Shown in pieces: positions 1 to 10,453 of a stretch of 64,000 nt of DNA. The notes below the pieces were generated by a model. The model was given only the letters and a program-made list of their open reading frames with translations. It was not told where the DNA came from and searched no databases. The translations under genes were made by a program, and so were the position numbers. Origin of the DNA: Promethearchaeota archaeon (GTDB lineage: Archaea; Asgardarchaeota; Lokiarchaeia; Sigyniarchaeales; SOKP01); contig JAEOTR010000035.1 of assembly GCA_016839705.1 (NCBI GenBank), positions 44,658 to 108,657 on the forward strand. The letters run 5' to 3'. Position 1 is the stretch's first letter, and every line of letters starts with the position of its first letter.

Positions 1-684
1 AAATGGAAAATTAATGAATTAGCAATAGGTAAATGCTCAATATTAGAAGGGAATACTCGCTTAGATAAAGAATCTGTATATATATTCTTTCAACCATTTA
101 AAGGATATGGATGGATTTTTCCTTTAAGTAATGAAAGATTTAATGTGGGTATTTTTACATTTGGTGAGGATAATCTTAAGTTTAACATACATAAAATTTA
201 TCAAAATTTTCTTGATAATCCAAATATTAAGAACTATATCCCTGACTCTAATTACAAAACGATCTGGTCTAGTTCATATTTGTTTCCGGCGGAAGGTGTA
301 TTGGAGAAAAGCTTATATGATGATAACTTAATGCTTATCGGTGATGTGGGTGGTTTTGTTTCACCTATTAGTGGTGAAGGAATCCAAACAGCAGTAACTT
401 CTGGTAAAGTTGCAGCTGAAACAGCTATAGAAGCTTTAGAAAAAGAAGATTATTCTAAAAGAACATTAAAAAAATACAAAACAGATAAAGAAATCAAGAA
501 GATCATTCGGAATTTCAAATTAAAACGATCGATGATTGAATTCTTTTATGAGAATGAAGGTAAAAATCTCAATAAAATGCTAATCCTTTCTGAAGAAGAT
601 GCCGAGGTCAAAAAACAAGTTATTAACATGTTTGCGTTTGGTGATATTCCCTCAAAGGATTTAGTATCTAGAATTATCAACTAA
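1..684 (+). CDS. Geranylgeranyl reductase family FAD oxidoreductase, 5'-truncated by the window edge
   Basis: Frame is open from base 1 (KWKINELAIG...GYGWIFP...NVGI); contains LIGDVGGFVSPISGEGIQTA, typical of the GGR family. Confidence 0.85.
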   Translation, partial: KWKINELAIGKCSILEGNTRLDKESVYIFFQPFKGYGWIFPLSNERFNVGIFTFGEDNLKFNIHKIYQNFLDNPNIKNYIPDSNYKTIWSSSYLFPAEGVLEKSLYDDNLMLIGDVGGFVSPISGEGIQTAVTSGKVAAETAIEALEKEDYSKRTLKKYKTDKEIKKIIRNFKLKRSMIEFFYENEGKNLNKMLILSEEDAEVKKQVINMFAFGDIPSKDLVSRIIN

Positions 685-693
685 ATTGTTAAT

Positions 694-1269
694 TTAGTCT
701 ATAATTTTCGTAAGATCCTTGATTAAATCTTCAATTTCTTTTTGTTCTAACTTTATTGTAACCTTTCCTCCACCGGGATGTGCAAAAGTAAGAAGATATT
801 TCTCACCGCTTTTATTGACAAACCATTTTTCACCTTTGGGCATCCCCCATGAAGGATCAAGCCAATCTTTTGCCTTGAATTCTGCTATCTGGAGTAAAAC
901 TCCAAATGCGTCTTTTGGATGGATAAACAGTTCTTTCCACTTATCACCATAATCATTGTAACCAAAATAGGGAATATTATTGTTTTCAAGAATATCCTTC
1001 GCCTTTTTGATATCAGGAGTCTGCAAAACAAGATGGTGTATTCCATTACCCCTCCGTTTAAAAAAGTTTTCCAAAAAACTCCCCCTTCCTGTAGATTTTA
1101 TTATCTCAAATCTTGAAAGATCTCCTAATGCAAACGTCTCCCAGTAATACTTTAAATCATAATCTGTGCCATTGTATTGAGATATCGCACCGAGGATTTT
1201 TGTATAGAATTCGACAGCTCCCTCATAATCTTTTACTGCTAATGACACGTGATCAATGCGAGTTATCAT
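694..1269 (-). CDS. VOC/glyoxalase family protein, methylmalonyl-CoA epimerase-like
   Basis: RIDHVSLAV, GIHHLVLQ and FIHPKDAFGVLLQIAE motifs. Confidence 0.8.
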   Translation of the reverse strand: MITRIDHVSLAVKDYEGAVEFYTKILGAISQYNGTDYDLKYYWETFALGDLSRFEIIKSTGRGSFLENFFKRRGNGIHHLVLQTPDIKKAKDILENNNIPYFGYNDYGDKWKELFIHPKDAFGVLLQIAEFKAKDWLDPSWGMPKGEKWFVNKSGEKYLLTFAHPGGGKVTIKLEQKEIEDLIKDLTKIID

Positions 1270-1412
1270 AAATGATTCATTATTGAAAATGTTTTAATTT
1301 TTACTATTTGTCTTTTGATTGAAAATTTATATATCATCTTATCTAATATTATTTCACTCAGGTAATTATTGACATCTTACAATAATAAATAAAAAAGGGA
1401 ACGTTTCTACTA

Positions 1413-3191
1413 GTGGAAATACCATCAGAAGTTCAATTAACCTCTAAGGAAGCAGATTATTATGCTCGCCTTAATAAGGTAATTGAAGAAAGAACAGAAA
1501 ATCCGAATTTAAGCTTCGGAATCATCATTGAACAACATGCTGAAAAAAATCCAAACGAATTCTCTCTGCTTTTTAAAGATATTTCATGGACTTGGCAGAT
1601 TTTAAACCAAGAGAGTAATAAAATAGCTAATTATTTTCTCAGAATAGGATATAAATCCGGAGATACCATAGCAGTTATGATGGAAAACTCTCCTGAATTC
1701 ATTTCAATTATAACTGGTATTAATAAAATACAGGGTATTAGTTCATTAATTAATGTAAATCAAAGAAAGCAAGCACTTATCCATTCCTTTAAAATTAGTG
1801 AACCGTTCTGGATAATAGTTGACGGTGATAGCTTAGCTGCTTTTACTGAAGTTTTTTCGGATCTTAATTTTGATAAGAATAAAGTGTTTGTTATAAATAA
1901 TCATATGAAATACCACCATGATTTTATTGATTTTCATACAGAATTAAAGAGCGTTTCAATCGACAATCCCGCAACGACCTTTAGATCATATTTGACTGAT
2001 ATGTCCGTGTATATTTTCACTTCTGGCACCACAGGACTCCCTAAAGCAGCTTTACAAGATAATACACGAATACTGAATCCATTTGGATGGTTGGCATTCG
2101 AGTCAACCCATAATGATGTTGTGTATAGCCCATTACCGTTATATCACTCTCTTGCGCTGGTGGTAGGATGGGCTGGTGCTATACAAGTAGGTGCTGCTTA
2201 TGCATTTAGAAAACGGTTTTCCGCGTCAGAATTCTGGAAAGATATCAAAAAATTTGGGGCAACCTGTTTTATGTATATTGGAGAGTTACCAAGATACCTT
2301 ATAAATCGACCTGAATCGGAGTATGTAGAAAACACGACGCTAAAGAAAATGCTGGGAGTGGGTTTTCGTAAGGACATATGGGAAGAATTTAAATCTCGGT
2401 TTCATATTGAACATATTCTTGAGTTTTATGGGGCTACAGAAGGTGCAGCGGGTCTCTTTAATATTGAAGAAGTACCTGGTATGATTGGTAGAAGGACCAT
2501 ACCTGGATTGATTATTGCTGTGAAAGTTAATGAGGAAACTGGAGAATTTTACAAGGATGAAAACGGTTTTCTAATTGAATGTACTTCAGGGGAAACAGGG
2601 ATGATGTTGGCACAAATTCTAGAAACATCAGCATTTTTGGGCTATAAGGATAAAAATAAAACGAACCAAAGAGTTTTAAGAAATGTACTTAAAGAGAATG
2701 ATGCCTATTTTAATACTGGTGACCTTGTACATCTTCACGATGATAACTGGGTCTCTTTTGCTGATCGATATGGAGATACTTTCCGGTGGAAAGGAGAAAA
2801 TGTATCCACAATGGAAGTTGAGTCCATTTTAAATACATTTGGTGGCTTTGAAATGTGTAACGTATATGGTGTGGAAGTTCCAAATTCAGATGGAAAGGCG
2901 GGGATGATTTGTATTAAAATAGATGATACAAAATCTTTTAAACCCGAATTATTCTCTCAGTTTGTATCAAAAAACCTCCCAAAATACGCAATTCCGCTCT
3001 TTATTCGTATTAAAGATGAACTTGAATTTACAGGAACACATAAATTAAGAAAAGTGAATCTCAGAACACAAGGGTATGATATTAATGCAATAAAAGATCA
3101 ACTCTACTTTTGGGAATCTATGTCTAATAGATACAAAATTTTTGAGAGAGAACATTATCAAAATGTAATAAACGGAAAATTAAAATTTTGA
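1413..3191 (+). CDS. Long-chain acyl-CoA synthetase (FATP/FACVL-type AMP-binding enzyme)
   Basis: YIFTSGTTGLPKA, EFYGATEG, DRYGDTFRWKGENVST. Confidence 0.92.
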   Translation: MEIPSEVQLTSKEADYYARLNKVIEERTENPNLSFGIIIEQHAEKNPNEFSLLFKDISWTWQILNQESNKIANYFLRIGYKSGDTIAVMMENSPEFISIITGINKIQGISSLINVNQRKQALIHSFKISEPFWIIVDGDSLAAFTEVFSDLNFDKNKVFVINNHMKYHHDFIDFHTELKSVSIDNPATTFRSYLTDMSVYIFTSGTTGLPKAALQDNTRILNPFGWLAFESTHNDVVYSPLPLYHSLALVVGWAGAIQVGAAYAFRKRFSASEFWKDIKKFGATCFMYIGELPRYLINRPESEYVENTTLKKMLGVGFRKDIWEEFKSRFHIEHILEFYGATEGAAGLFNIEEVPGMIGRRTIPGLIIAVKVNEETGEFYKDENGFLIECTSGETGMMLAQILETSAFLGYKDKNKTNQRVLRNVLKENDAYFNTGDLVHLHDDNWVSFADRYGDTFRWKGENVSTMEVESILNTFGGFEMCNVYGVEVPNSDGKAGMICIKIDDTKSFKPELFSQFVSKNLPKYAIPLFIRIKDELEFTGTHKLRKVNLRTQGYDINAIKDQLYFWESMSNRYKIFEREHYQNVINGKLKF

Positions 3192-3222
3192 AATATTTCA
3201 TAAATAAAACATAAAAATAGAT

Positions 3223-3849
3223 GTGATTAATATGAACATTTCTAATGATATCGCAATTGAGAATTTGAAAAAAGAGGATTTAAAAGAACTTGGGTATAAT
3301 AAGCTCATGGAATTATATAAGTCCTTACCATCTGCCGATTTTGAAGAAATGGATGGGGATTATGATAGTTGTATGGTGGGATTCATTTCAGAAATAAAGG
3401 AAAAGGGAAGTATATGGTGGCTCCATAAAACTGAGAAAGGTGATTGGTTAGGAAAATCTTTTACACCGAAATCTAAGTCAGAACGCCGAGGAGAGGGATA
3501 TAATCGATGGAAGATTGAAGGTAAAGAAGTTCACCATATGCGTTTCCTTACAGATATGGTTGAATCTCTTATCGATGGGAAAATCACATTTCGATTGAAG
3601 TATGCATCCTTCAAAAATGATGGTGGAATAGTAGATATGACTGATGAAGTAAGAAGGATTAGAAAGGGACTCTATCTCTGTTTAGGAATGGCTGGTCCTG
3701 AAAAACTTCCGCCCGACTTTTTCTACTTAACAGGCCCCGTACATGACTATGATCATAGTTCAGAATGGATATATGGCGATGAGGTTGAGAAACACACTAA
3801 TATAACAGTTACATATAAGAACTTTCCCTTTCCAGATGAAATTAAATAA
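3223..3849 (+). CDS. Hypothetical protein, probably co-transcribed with the acyl-CoA synthetase
   Basis: 208-aa globular-looking ORF starting ~30 bp after the upstream stop. Confidence 0.65.
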   Translation: MINMNISNDIAIENLKKEDLKELGYNKLMELYKSLPSADFEEMDGDYDSCMVGFISEIKEKGSIWWLHKTEKGDWLGKSFTPKSKSERRGEGYNRWKIEGKEVHHMRFLTDMVESLIDGKITFRLKYASFKNDGGIVDMTDEVRRIRKGLYLCLGMAGPEKLPPDFFYLTGPVHDYDHSSEWIYGDEVEKHTNITVTYKNFPFPDEIK

Positions 3850-3869
3850 TATTTAAAATATCTGAAATT

Positions 3870-4094
3870 TTATTTTCTTATTTTTAGACGATCATTGTAG
3901 TAATATCTTCTACGACGTCTATATGGTCTTTCTGGTCGGTTTAAAAAACATTCGGGACAATAAGTGATAATTAATGGATCTTCCCATAGATCCTGTGCTC
4001 GTTCAGCTGTAATCGTAGGATTATCTCTTAAAAATATTTGAAACGGGATTATTCGACCACAATCTCCACACTCTTTAGGTTGTAATTGCTGCAT
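3870..4094 (-). CDS. Small zinc-finger-like protein with Arg-rich tail
   Basis: CGDC...CPEC pairs, RPYRRRRRYY. Confidence 0.65.
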   Translation of the reverse strand: MQQLQPKECGDCGRIIPFQIFLRDNPTITAERAQDLWEDPLIITYCPECFLNRPERPYRRRRRYYYNDRLKIRK

Positions 4095-4439
4095 TGATAA
4101 AAACCTATTTTAATTATAACATATCTCTTAGGAAATGAGATAATTAAAAGGCAAGAGAGTCACCAATTACTATAAATGATACCAATAATTATAACGATTT
4201 TTATTAAATTGCCCACTTTTGTCAAGTAATTATCCTTATTTTCGGTAATTTCATTTATCTCCATAACTTTAGGCATTTAGATAAATATTTATAAAAGTAG
4301 ATTGATGAAATATGTTTTTTCAAAGTTTACTCCTTCCTTTTAATTAAAACAATGCAGTACCAAAGTTTTTCTATTGGATGTTAAATCAGTGATTAATAAA
4401 GCAATTACAAATTATAAAAAAAATAAAGAATTTTTTTAA

Positions 4440-4994
4440 TTATTGAGTAGTCACATCTTTCGCTTTTGCTTCTGCTTTTGCTGCCTTTTTTTGCTTCTTT
4501 GCTAATTTTGGATCTCCAAAAGAAGGGTTGATTTTTGAACCTTTTACCGGGAGGATGCATGTAGCATCTTTTTTTTCCGAACCTCTAGAAGCAACCATGC
4601 CTGTTTTTTGATTGAAGTGTAGCTCCAATCGCCATTGATTAAATTTATCATCTTCCTTCCCTTTTCCCTTTTTTTTTTGCCAGTTAGGTAATTTGATTGA
4701 AAAGGGAAATTCTTTCTTTTCTCCTGACTTTAACTTATCATCCGATGCAATATCCCATTGTTTTAATTCCTTTTTTTGTGGCACCCAAGATTCAGTTTCC
4801 TCACCAGATTCGGGGTCTCTTCGGGTTATAAATGCTTGATACATATCATACAGTTCAATAAACAGTTTTTTTAATTTTTTATCCTTCTTTTCTCCGTTTG
4901 TTACTATAATTTTCCCTTCAATTTCGTCATCAGGTTTGACAATTAACGGAGGATTCTTAATCTCATATGCCACATGAACTTTTGTTCCGACCAT
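4440..4994 (-). CDS. Arrestin-N/Spo0M-like beta-sandwich protein
   Basis: Pattern PDDEIEGKIIV...LFIEL...LKSGEKKEFPFSIKLP matches arrestin/Spo0M strand motifs. Confidence 0.55.
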   Translation of the reverse strand: MVGTKVHVAYEIKNPPLIVKPDDEIEGKIIVTNGEKKDKKLKKLFIELYDMYQAFITRRDPESGEETESWVPQKKELKQWDIASDDKLKSGEKKEFPFSIKLPNWQKKKGKGKEDDKFNQWRLELHFNQKTGMVASRGSEKKDATCILPVKGSKINPSFGDPKLAKKQKKAAKAEAKAKDVTTQ

Positions 4995-5122
4995 AATTTT
5001 TACACCTAGAAAAATAATAAATTTAGTATATTTAAAATAGGTGTATTCAGTGATGATATATCAATTTTGATTCCCTTCTCTCACTATCAAAAAAGTGAAA
5101 AAGAAAAAAGAAAAAGATGAAT

Positions 5123-5626
5123 TTATAATTTTGAACCGCAATATGAGCAAAATACAGCAGATTCTTTAGCTTTTGCTGTTCCACAATTAGGACAATAGCT
5201 TACCTTTCCCGCTGGAGTAGCTGTTTGAGTTGTTGTGCTGACTTCAACATGAGTCATCTGACCCGTAGAAGAAGAAAACTTACCACGTAATGATCCATTT
5301 GCTTTTAAATCTAAAATAATTGCTCGTACGTCTCTTATAGTGATGCTCGTATTTTTACTAATCTCTTCAATTGTAGCTTCAGGATGCTCTTCATACTCAT
5401 ATAATACAGCATTCCTTAGTTTACTTTTATTAGCCCAAGCTGCAATTTGACGCGCTATAATTGCCACCCCGAGAACAAGCCACGCAATTCCCCACCAACT
5501 AATCACCCAATTATACAAGATCGGTCGTATGAATAGATCATTTAATCCCCAGTAAATCAGTACACCAGCTATAATAAGAGAACAAACACTTAATCCTTCA
5601 GAATATTGGTTTCGTTTATATTTCAT
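5123..5626 (-). CDS. Two-TM membrane protein with PCI-like winged helix and C-terminal zinc ribbon
   Basis: Two hydrophobic helices; ATIEEISKNTSITIRDVRAIILDLKANGSLRGKF; CPNCG...CSYCG. Confidence 0.65.
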   Translation of the reverse strand: MKYKRNQYSEGLSVCSLIIAGVLIYWGLNDLFIRPILYNWVISWWGIAWLVLGVAIIARQIAAWANKSKLRNAVLYEYEEHPEATIEEISKNTSITIRDVRAIILDLKANGSLRGKFSSSTGQMTHVEVSTTTQTATPAGKVSYCPNCGTAKAKESAVFCSYCGSKL

Positions 5627-5732
5627 TTTTTATCACTTTATTGACTTATATTAAAGCAGATATTGGATTACAATTGTTGATTGAAATATAAAGTTTTATT
5701 CTATAATGAAAAAGAGAAATTCGAAAATTCTC

Positions 5733-6221
5733 TTAATATATTTCATCTACATAAGATCTTAACATATTTATATCATCGAAGTAAAACAAGCTTTCTCCTT
5801 CTCTAAAAAAAGGGGTTAACAAACCTCCTCTTTTTAATACCGCTGTGATATCAACATCTTTTAAAACAAAGACTCTAGTCTTTTCTGAAAATTCTTTGAA
5901 TGAGAGGATAATTCCCATTTCAATCATATGGCCTCCTTTATCATGTTCAATAACCATAATGATTTCATCTGAAAATTTTGCAATAAGATCAAATTTTAAA
6001 ATTAAGTTTTCAAGGTGAGTACGTCTAAATTCCTTCTCAAAAAATCCAAGATTATTTTCAATCCTATTTACGATTTTTTGTACTTCCTGAAGGTTCTTAA
6101 AAGTATCTTCGTCGTATGAACCACAAATAAAAATTTTCTTTTTGGTTAAATCATAAACCGAAAATATGTTGATAAATTCATCTAAAAATTCATCCCAGGC
6201 ACTATCATGTGAAACTAGCAT
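5733..6221 (-). CDS. TIR-like / nucleoside 2-deoxyribosyltransferase-like domain protein
   Basis: KIFICGSY...FSDEIIMVIEHDKGGHMIEMG resembles the flavodoxin-like NDT/TIR core with a conserved Glu. Confidence 0.5.
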   Translation of the reverse strand: MLVSHDSAWDEFLDEFINIFSVYDLTKKKIFICGSYDEDTFKNLQEVQKIVNRIENNLGFFEKEFRRTHLENLILKFDLIAKFSDEIIMVIEHDKGGHMIEMGIILSFKEFSEKTRVFVLKDVDITAVLKRGGLLTPFFREGESLFYFDDINMLRSYVDEIY

Positions 6222-6293
6222 TATTTTCCCCTAATCTATGTAAAATAAGTTAAAAATTCATATATACTATAAAATATTATATATCAATGATAA

Positions 6294-6326
6294 TTGACTC
6301 AATTGATTTTGAGTTAAATTTATATA
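6294..6326. promoter_or_regulatory. Inverted repeat TTGACTCAA-N6-TTGAGTTAA next to a TATA box (tttatata) upstream of the ArsR gene
   Basis: 8/9 arm match in the divergent intergenic region. Confidence 0.45.
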
Positions 6327-6393
6327 TGTGATTATGCTTATCTAGCTTAGAACTAGATGAAAAAACAAATATAAATATGAGGAGGTTGTCAAT

Positions 6394-6735
6394 TTGGAGA
6401 CTCCTAAAAAATTAGAAAATAAGAGGAAAGAACTGGAAATTATCTCTGAGAAAACACGTTACAAAATATTACTTACTTTATTGGCAAGTGAAACTTCATT
6501 GTCTTTCAGTCGGTTAAAAGAATTATTACCATCCATCCCTGAGAATAATTTGAATTATCACCTAAAGATTCTGAAAGACAACGATTTTATCAAGAATGAG
6601 AAAAGAATGGAATATAAACGATCTGAACCTCGTTCTTTTTATTCTCTCAGTAAAAAATCAGTAGGTCTGCTTGGAAGTTTAGGATTGACATCAGTTAAAG
6701 AAGAATTTCAAGCACTATTCAAACAAATGACCTAA
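6394..6735 (+). CDS. ArsR/SmtB family winged-helix transcriptional regulator
   Basis: TRYKILLTL...LSFSRL...NLNYHLKILKDNDFI...FYSLS. Confidence 0.85.
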   Translation: METPKKLENKRKELEIISEKTRYKILLTLLASETSLSFSRLKELLPSIPENNLNYHLKILKDNDFIKNEKRMEYKRSEPRSFYSLSKKSVGLLGSLGLTSVKEEFQALFKQMT

Positions 6736-6985
6736 TTTAATGTTTTTTAATTTTAATGAATATTCAAAAAGCTAAAAATAGTGTGAAGTATGAATCCAAA
6801 CTATGCCAGAAAGTTTATGGCCACTCAGATTAAAAATGCTGTAGGAGCAACCATTAAGGAATTCCTTGATGATTTAAAAAGTGGAATGATAATTTCCAAG
6901 ATCCAACATAAATGGGAAAAAAAGTGAATAAGGGCTAAAAAAAAACTTCCCTTTTTACACATTTTAGCATTTAAAGCAAAGAAAC

Positions 6986-7399
6986 ATGACTTTTTCAGTG
7001 TCAGTAAAAAATGACATTTATTCTCCAACCATTACTATTTATACCCCTGAGATTGGTGATATATTCATTGATTTTCCCCCAATTTATAGCATAGCTGTTG
7101 AAGAACCGAATTTAAATATAATGTGGTTTACACTAGATAACGGTACTACTAAGGTTACAATTGCAGATTTGACAGGAGTAATTGATCAATCCGCTTGGGA
7201 TGTTATCCCTGATGGGCATTTGACGCTTACCATTTATGCAATGGATAAACCGGGTAATATAGGTCAGAATTCAGTAATAATAACAAAAAGATCAACTCCC
7301 GAGCAAATCCCTCCTGCTATTCCCGGATACGATATAATCGCACTTCTCGGAGTATTTTGCATTGTAACTATAATTATACTGAAAAAAAGAACTAACTAA
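6986..7399 (+). pseudogene. C-terminal fragment of a surface protein (Ig-like domain plus Loki-CTERM-type sorting tail), probably 5'-truncated
   Basis: DGHLTLTIYAMDKPGNIG Ig-like motif; PAIPGYD + TM + KKR tail; no N-terminal signal peptide. Confidence 0.6.
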
Positions 7400-7452
7400 C
7401 CTTTTTATTTTCCTTTAATATAACGTCATTGCTTGTTATTAATCAAAATATA

Positions 7453-7776
7453 TTATTTTAATTTTTCTTCTAACGCTTCTTCTCCAACAAGAACCGCAGC
7501 AATAAAACAAAAACACGAAAATAGAATTAAAAATACAGAACTTAACTGATAACATTCGAGATTATTACTACTGAAACAAATACGACTAATCGTCATATAT
7601 GATATTAAGAAAACAATAAATAAGATATAAGAGATGACCATTAGATATATCTTTACTAGCTTTATCTTTCCTTTCTTTGGCTTTGATTTCTTATCAGGAT
7701 GTAAGCGTAGTTCACACCTTGGACATAAAACACCACTCCCTTCTATTTCTGAACCACACATCTCACAATGCAACAT
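7453..7776 (-). CDS. Zinc-ribbon two-TM membrane protein
   Basis: CEMCG...CPRC followed by two hydrophobic helices. Confidence 0.65.
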   Translation of the reverse strand: MLHCEMCGSEIEGSGVLCPRCELRLHPDKKSKPKKGKIKLVKIYLMVISYILFIVFLISYMTISRICFSSNNLECYQLSSVFLILFSCFCFIAAVLVGEEALEEKLK

Positions 7777-7860
7777 AATTCTAGAAAAGGTAAATACTAA
7801 GTTTTGTAATTATTTATTAAAGAATAGGATTTGTATCTCCCACACTAGTAGAATATCATA

Positions 7861-8262
7861 ATGAATAAACAGAATATTGTTTCAAGTATAGCTTATTGTG
7901 GATTAATCTGTAAATTATGTCATCTTTCGGATGAGTGTGATGGGTGTAAATCAAAAAATAATAGATGTAGTAAATATCTGAGTTCGACCGGATGCTACCA
8001 ATTCAAATGTTGCGTTGAAAAGACAATTAATGGATGTTGGGAATGTGCTGAATTTCCTTGTAATAAAGATATGTATAGTGACACTTATAGCCCTAAAATT
8101 AGAGCCTTTGCTAGATGTATTCGAGAAGATGGAATAGAAAAATTTGCCAGTTATATTCTTGATGCTATAAAAAGAGGATTAGATATTAGGAAGGAAGGTG
8201 ATTTGGATCTAAAAATAGAACGAGAAGTTTTAGATATTTTAAGAAAAGATCTCCACCACTAG
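7861..8262 (+). CDS. DUF3795-like Cys-rich protein
   Basis: AYCGLICKLC...CDGC...CWECAEFPC. Confidence 0.8.
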   Translation: MNKQNIVSSIAYCGLICKLCHLSDECDGCKSKNNRCSKYLSSTGCYQFKCCVEKTINGCWECAEFPCNKDMYSDTYSPKIRAFARCIREDGIEKFASYILDAIKRGLDIRKEGDLDLKIEREVLDILRKDLHH

Positions 8263-8300
8263 CATTTAAAATTACCAACCTTGCCTTAAGATTGAAAATT

Positions 8301-8699
8301 TTAGTCTACAAGGTTCTCAAGAAGTTCTGTCGCTTCTTCCATGATTTTCTCGTTAGGCATGGATGTAAAAATAAATCCTCCTGAAAACCCTGAATAATAT
8401 CCGTCATAACCTTCAACGAATTCTTTTAATTCAGAAAATTCATCTTTCTCCAGCCAAATCTTACGTTTCAGCTTTAATACCCATATATCCACCTTGTCTT
8501 TAGTATGAAAATCTTTCACTATTACAAAAAACTGATTTTCGTATAGATTCTCCTTAGATCCTCTTCTCTTGATCGGTTTTTTTTCAGGGCGGACTGGTTT
8601 CGTTTTCTTATTGTAATAGCTATTAACAATGTCTATTATAATAGAAATATGTTCTTCAAGATTCTTACTTGATAAATATTTCGTTAACTCCTCTTTCAT
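8301..8699 (-). CDS. Hypothetical protein
   Basis: 132-aa ORF containing GYYSGFSGGFIF. Confidence 0.6.
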   Translation of the reverse strand: MKEELTKYLSSKNLEEHISIIIDIVNSYYNKKTKPVRPEKKPIKRRGSKENLYENQFFVIVKDFHTKDKVDIWVLKLKRKIWLEKDEFSELKEFVEGYDGYYSGFSGGFIFTSMPNEKIMEEATELLENLVD

Positions 8700-9001
8700 C
8701 TCTTGGAATACTGTTATATTATATCACACCTATTCATGTGTTCAATTTTAAAATAATTTTATTATGATATTGTGAGAATCATTCTAATAAATCTATGGGT
8801 GGAGCCATGATTTATTGATTTAGGAATACTTACCCGGAAGTAATCTAATTCTGTATTAAAAATCTTTTGAAAAAGTCAAAACCTATTTACTTAGACACAT
8901 TAAATAGCTATAAACCAATACCAAGAAAAGATTGATCACAGTCTTAAGGATATGCTTTAATGAACTAGAAAAAATTTATTTACCATTTTACACCATTTTG
9001 C

Positions 9002-9784
9002 TTAACAGAATTCAGTCTCTAATCTCTCAATAAAAATTCTATGTCTTTCGGCTGCGGTTCGAAAATCATCTTCAATCTCATTAAATCTTGAATAGAGTCT
9101 CCCCACTTGTTGCGTTGTTAAATTACGATCCATCCATGGGAATAAGATCTCATCTTCCTTTTTGATATGTTCAGGCAAGATCTCAGCATATGCTGTTAAA
9201 TTCGCAGCAAGAGCATCTTTATCTTTATTTTCAATAGCCTCAAGCATTGCTTTCACATGAGCCCGAACTCTTACATGATCCTTTCGAATAACCTGAATCA
9301 TAGCTAAATTCTCATCAAAATATTTGAAAGCCTCGTCCTCCTCTTTAGCATGATGGAATTTGTCAGCATAATTACGAATGAAATCAATACCTTGATCAAT
9401 GAGTTGTAAACCCTCCTCTGTTTCTAGGTCTAAATTTTCAATTACTTTCGGAATAAGTGCTACCCATCTCTTTATCAAAACATGCTCACTCACCATTTTT
9501 TTCATAGGGGGTGAATACTTAAATAGCTTTTTCTCTTGATTCTCTCTTCTCCTTTTTGGAATCACAACACTCTTATCAGGATAGATAACCTTTGAAATTC
9601 TGAGCATTAATTCTGCTTCTAAATCCTCATCTACATCATGAATCTCCACAATATCCTTCAATAGACATAATCCTTCACCGCAAGTACCACACCCAATCTC
9701 ATACTCATCTAAAATCTGCTCAATTTCAGGAAATTCCGTTATAATTTCTTTAACGCCTTTATTAAGATATTCTTCTATACTCAC
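9002..9784 (-). CDS. Hemerythrin-domain protein with N-terminal DUF1858/ScdA-like domain
   Basis: EH...HHAKEE...DH...HIKKEDEILFP hemerythrin motifs; N-terminal IGCGTC. Confidence 0.85.
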   Translation of the reverse strand: MSIEEYLNKGVKEIITEFPEIEQILDEYEIGCGTCGEGLCLLKDIVEIHDVDEDLEAELMLRISKVIYPDKSVVIPKRRRENQEKKLFKYSPPMKKMVSEHVLIKRWVALIPKVIENLDLETEEGLQLIDQGIDFIRNYADKFHHAKEEDEAFKYFDENLAMIQVIRKDHVRVRAHVKAMLEAIENKDKDALAANLTAYAEILPEHIKKEDEILFPWMDRNLTTQQVGRLYSRFNEIEDDFRTAAERHRIFIERLETEFC

Positions 9785-10453
9785 TCAATTTTCACCTTAA
9801 TTTATTAATTCAAATCATAATCTAATCAAAGCCTACAATCATTTAATCTTAGCTGCGAACATGTTCCAGAAGCCTTATGCTGAAATTAGTATTATAATAT
9901 AATCACCACATTTCGAGGATAATTCATTTTTGTAGAATATGTGATAATTTGAATTAAAAAAAAAAAGATAGTTTTATTAATAAATGGGGATATACGGCTT
10001 GTTTTTAATAATTATTAATTCTAGCCAATCCAATTGTTTTGTTTTCATTTTTTTAAACCACTTATTTTGTTTTTTTTGTTTAGTGTTAAGATTAATAGAG
10101 ATTGAGACTCTAATAAGAGCATGTTCGTCAATATAGAAAAAAATCAATAATGGGGATTTATAACCATTAAATAGAAAGAATGGTAATTTATCATCGAAAT
10201 TATACAACCTAAAAATTAAGAAATGTCGATGAAATTCACTTTTGTATCCTGATATGAAAACAAATTGATAGAAAAAATACCAAAATTTATTCAAGTAAGT
10301 TGAAGTTTGGGAAGTAAATTTAAATTATTAGCTCATTGAATTCTTAATCTAAATCTTTAATTATTTATTAATAATAGTTTTAAATAAAAAGTAAATTAAA
10401 TAATAATATACACTTTTAAGGTGTAAGTTAACAATTATAAGATATAAAAAAAG

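Noticed and set aside
5733-6221. Retron system
   Set aside because: Only an effector-like motif; no RT or msr/msd seen
9977-10330. 105-aa minus-strand ORF
   Set aside because: Low-complexity F/K-rich translation of AT-rich, probably decayed DNA
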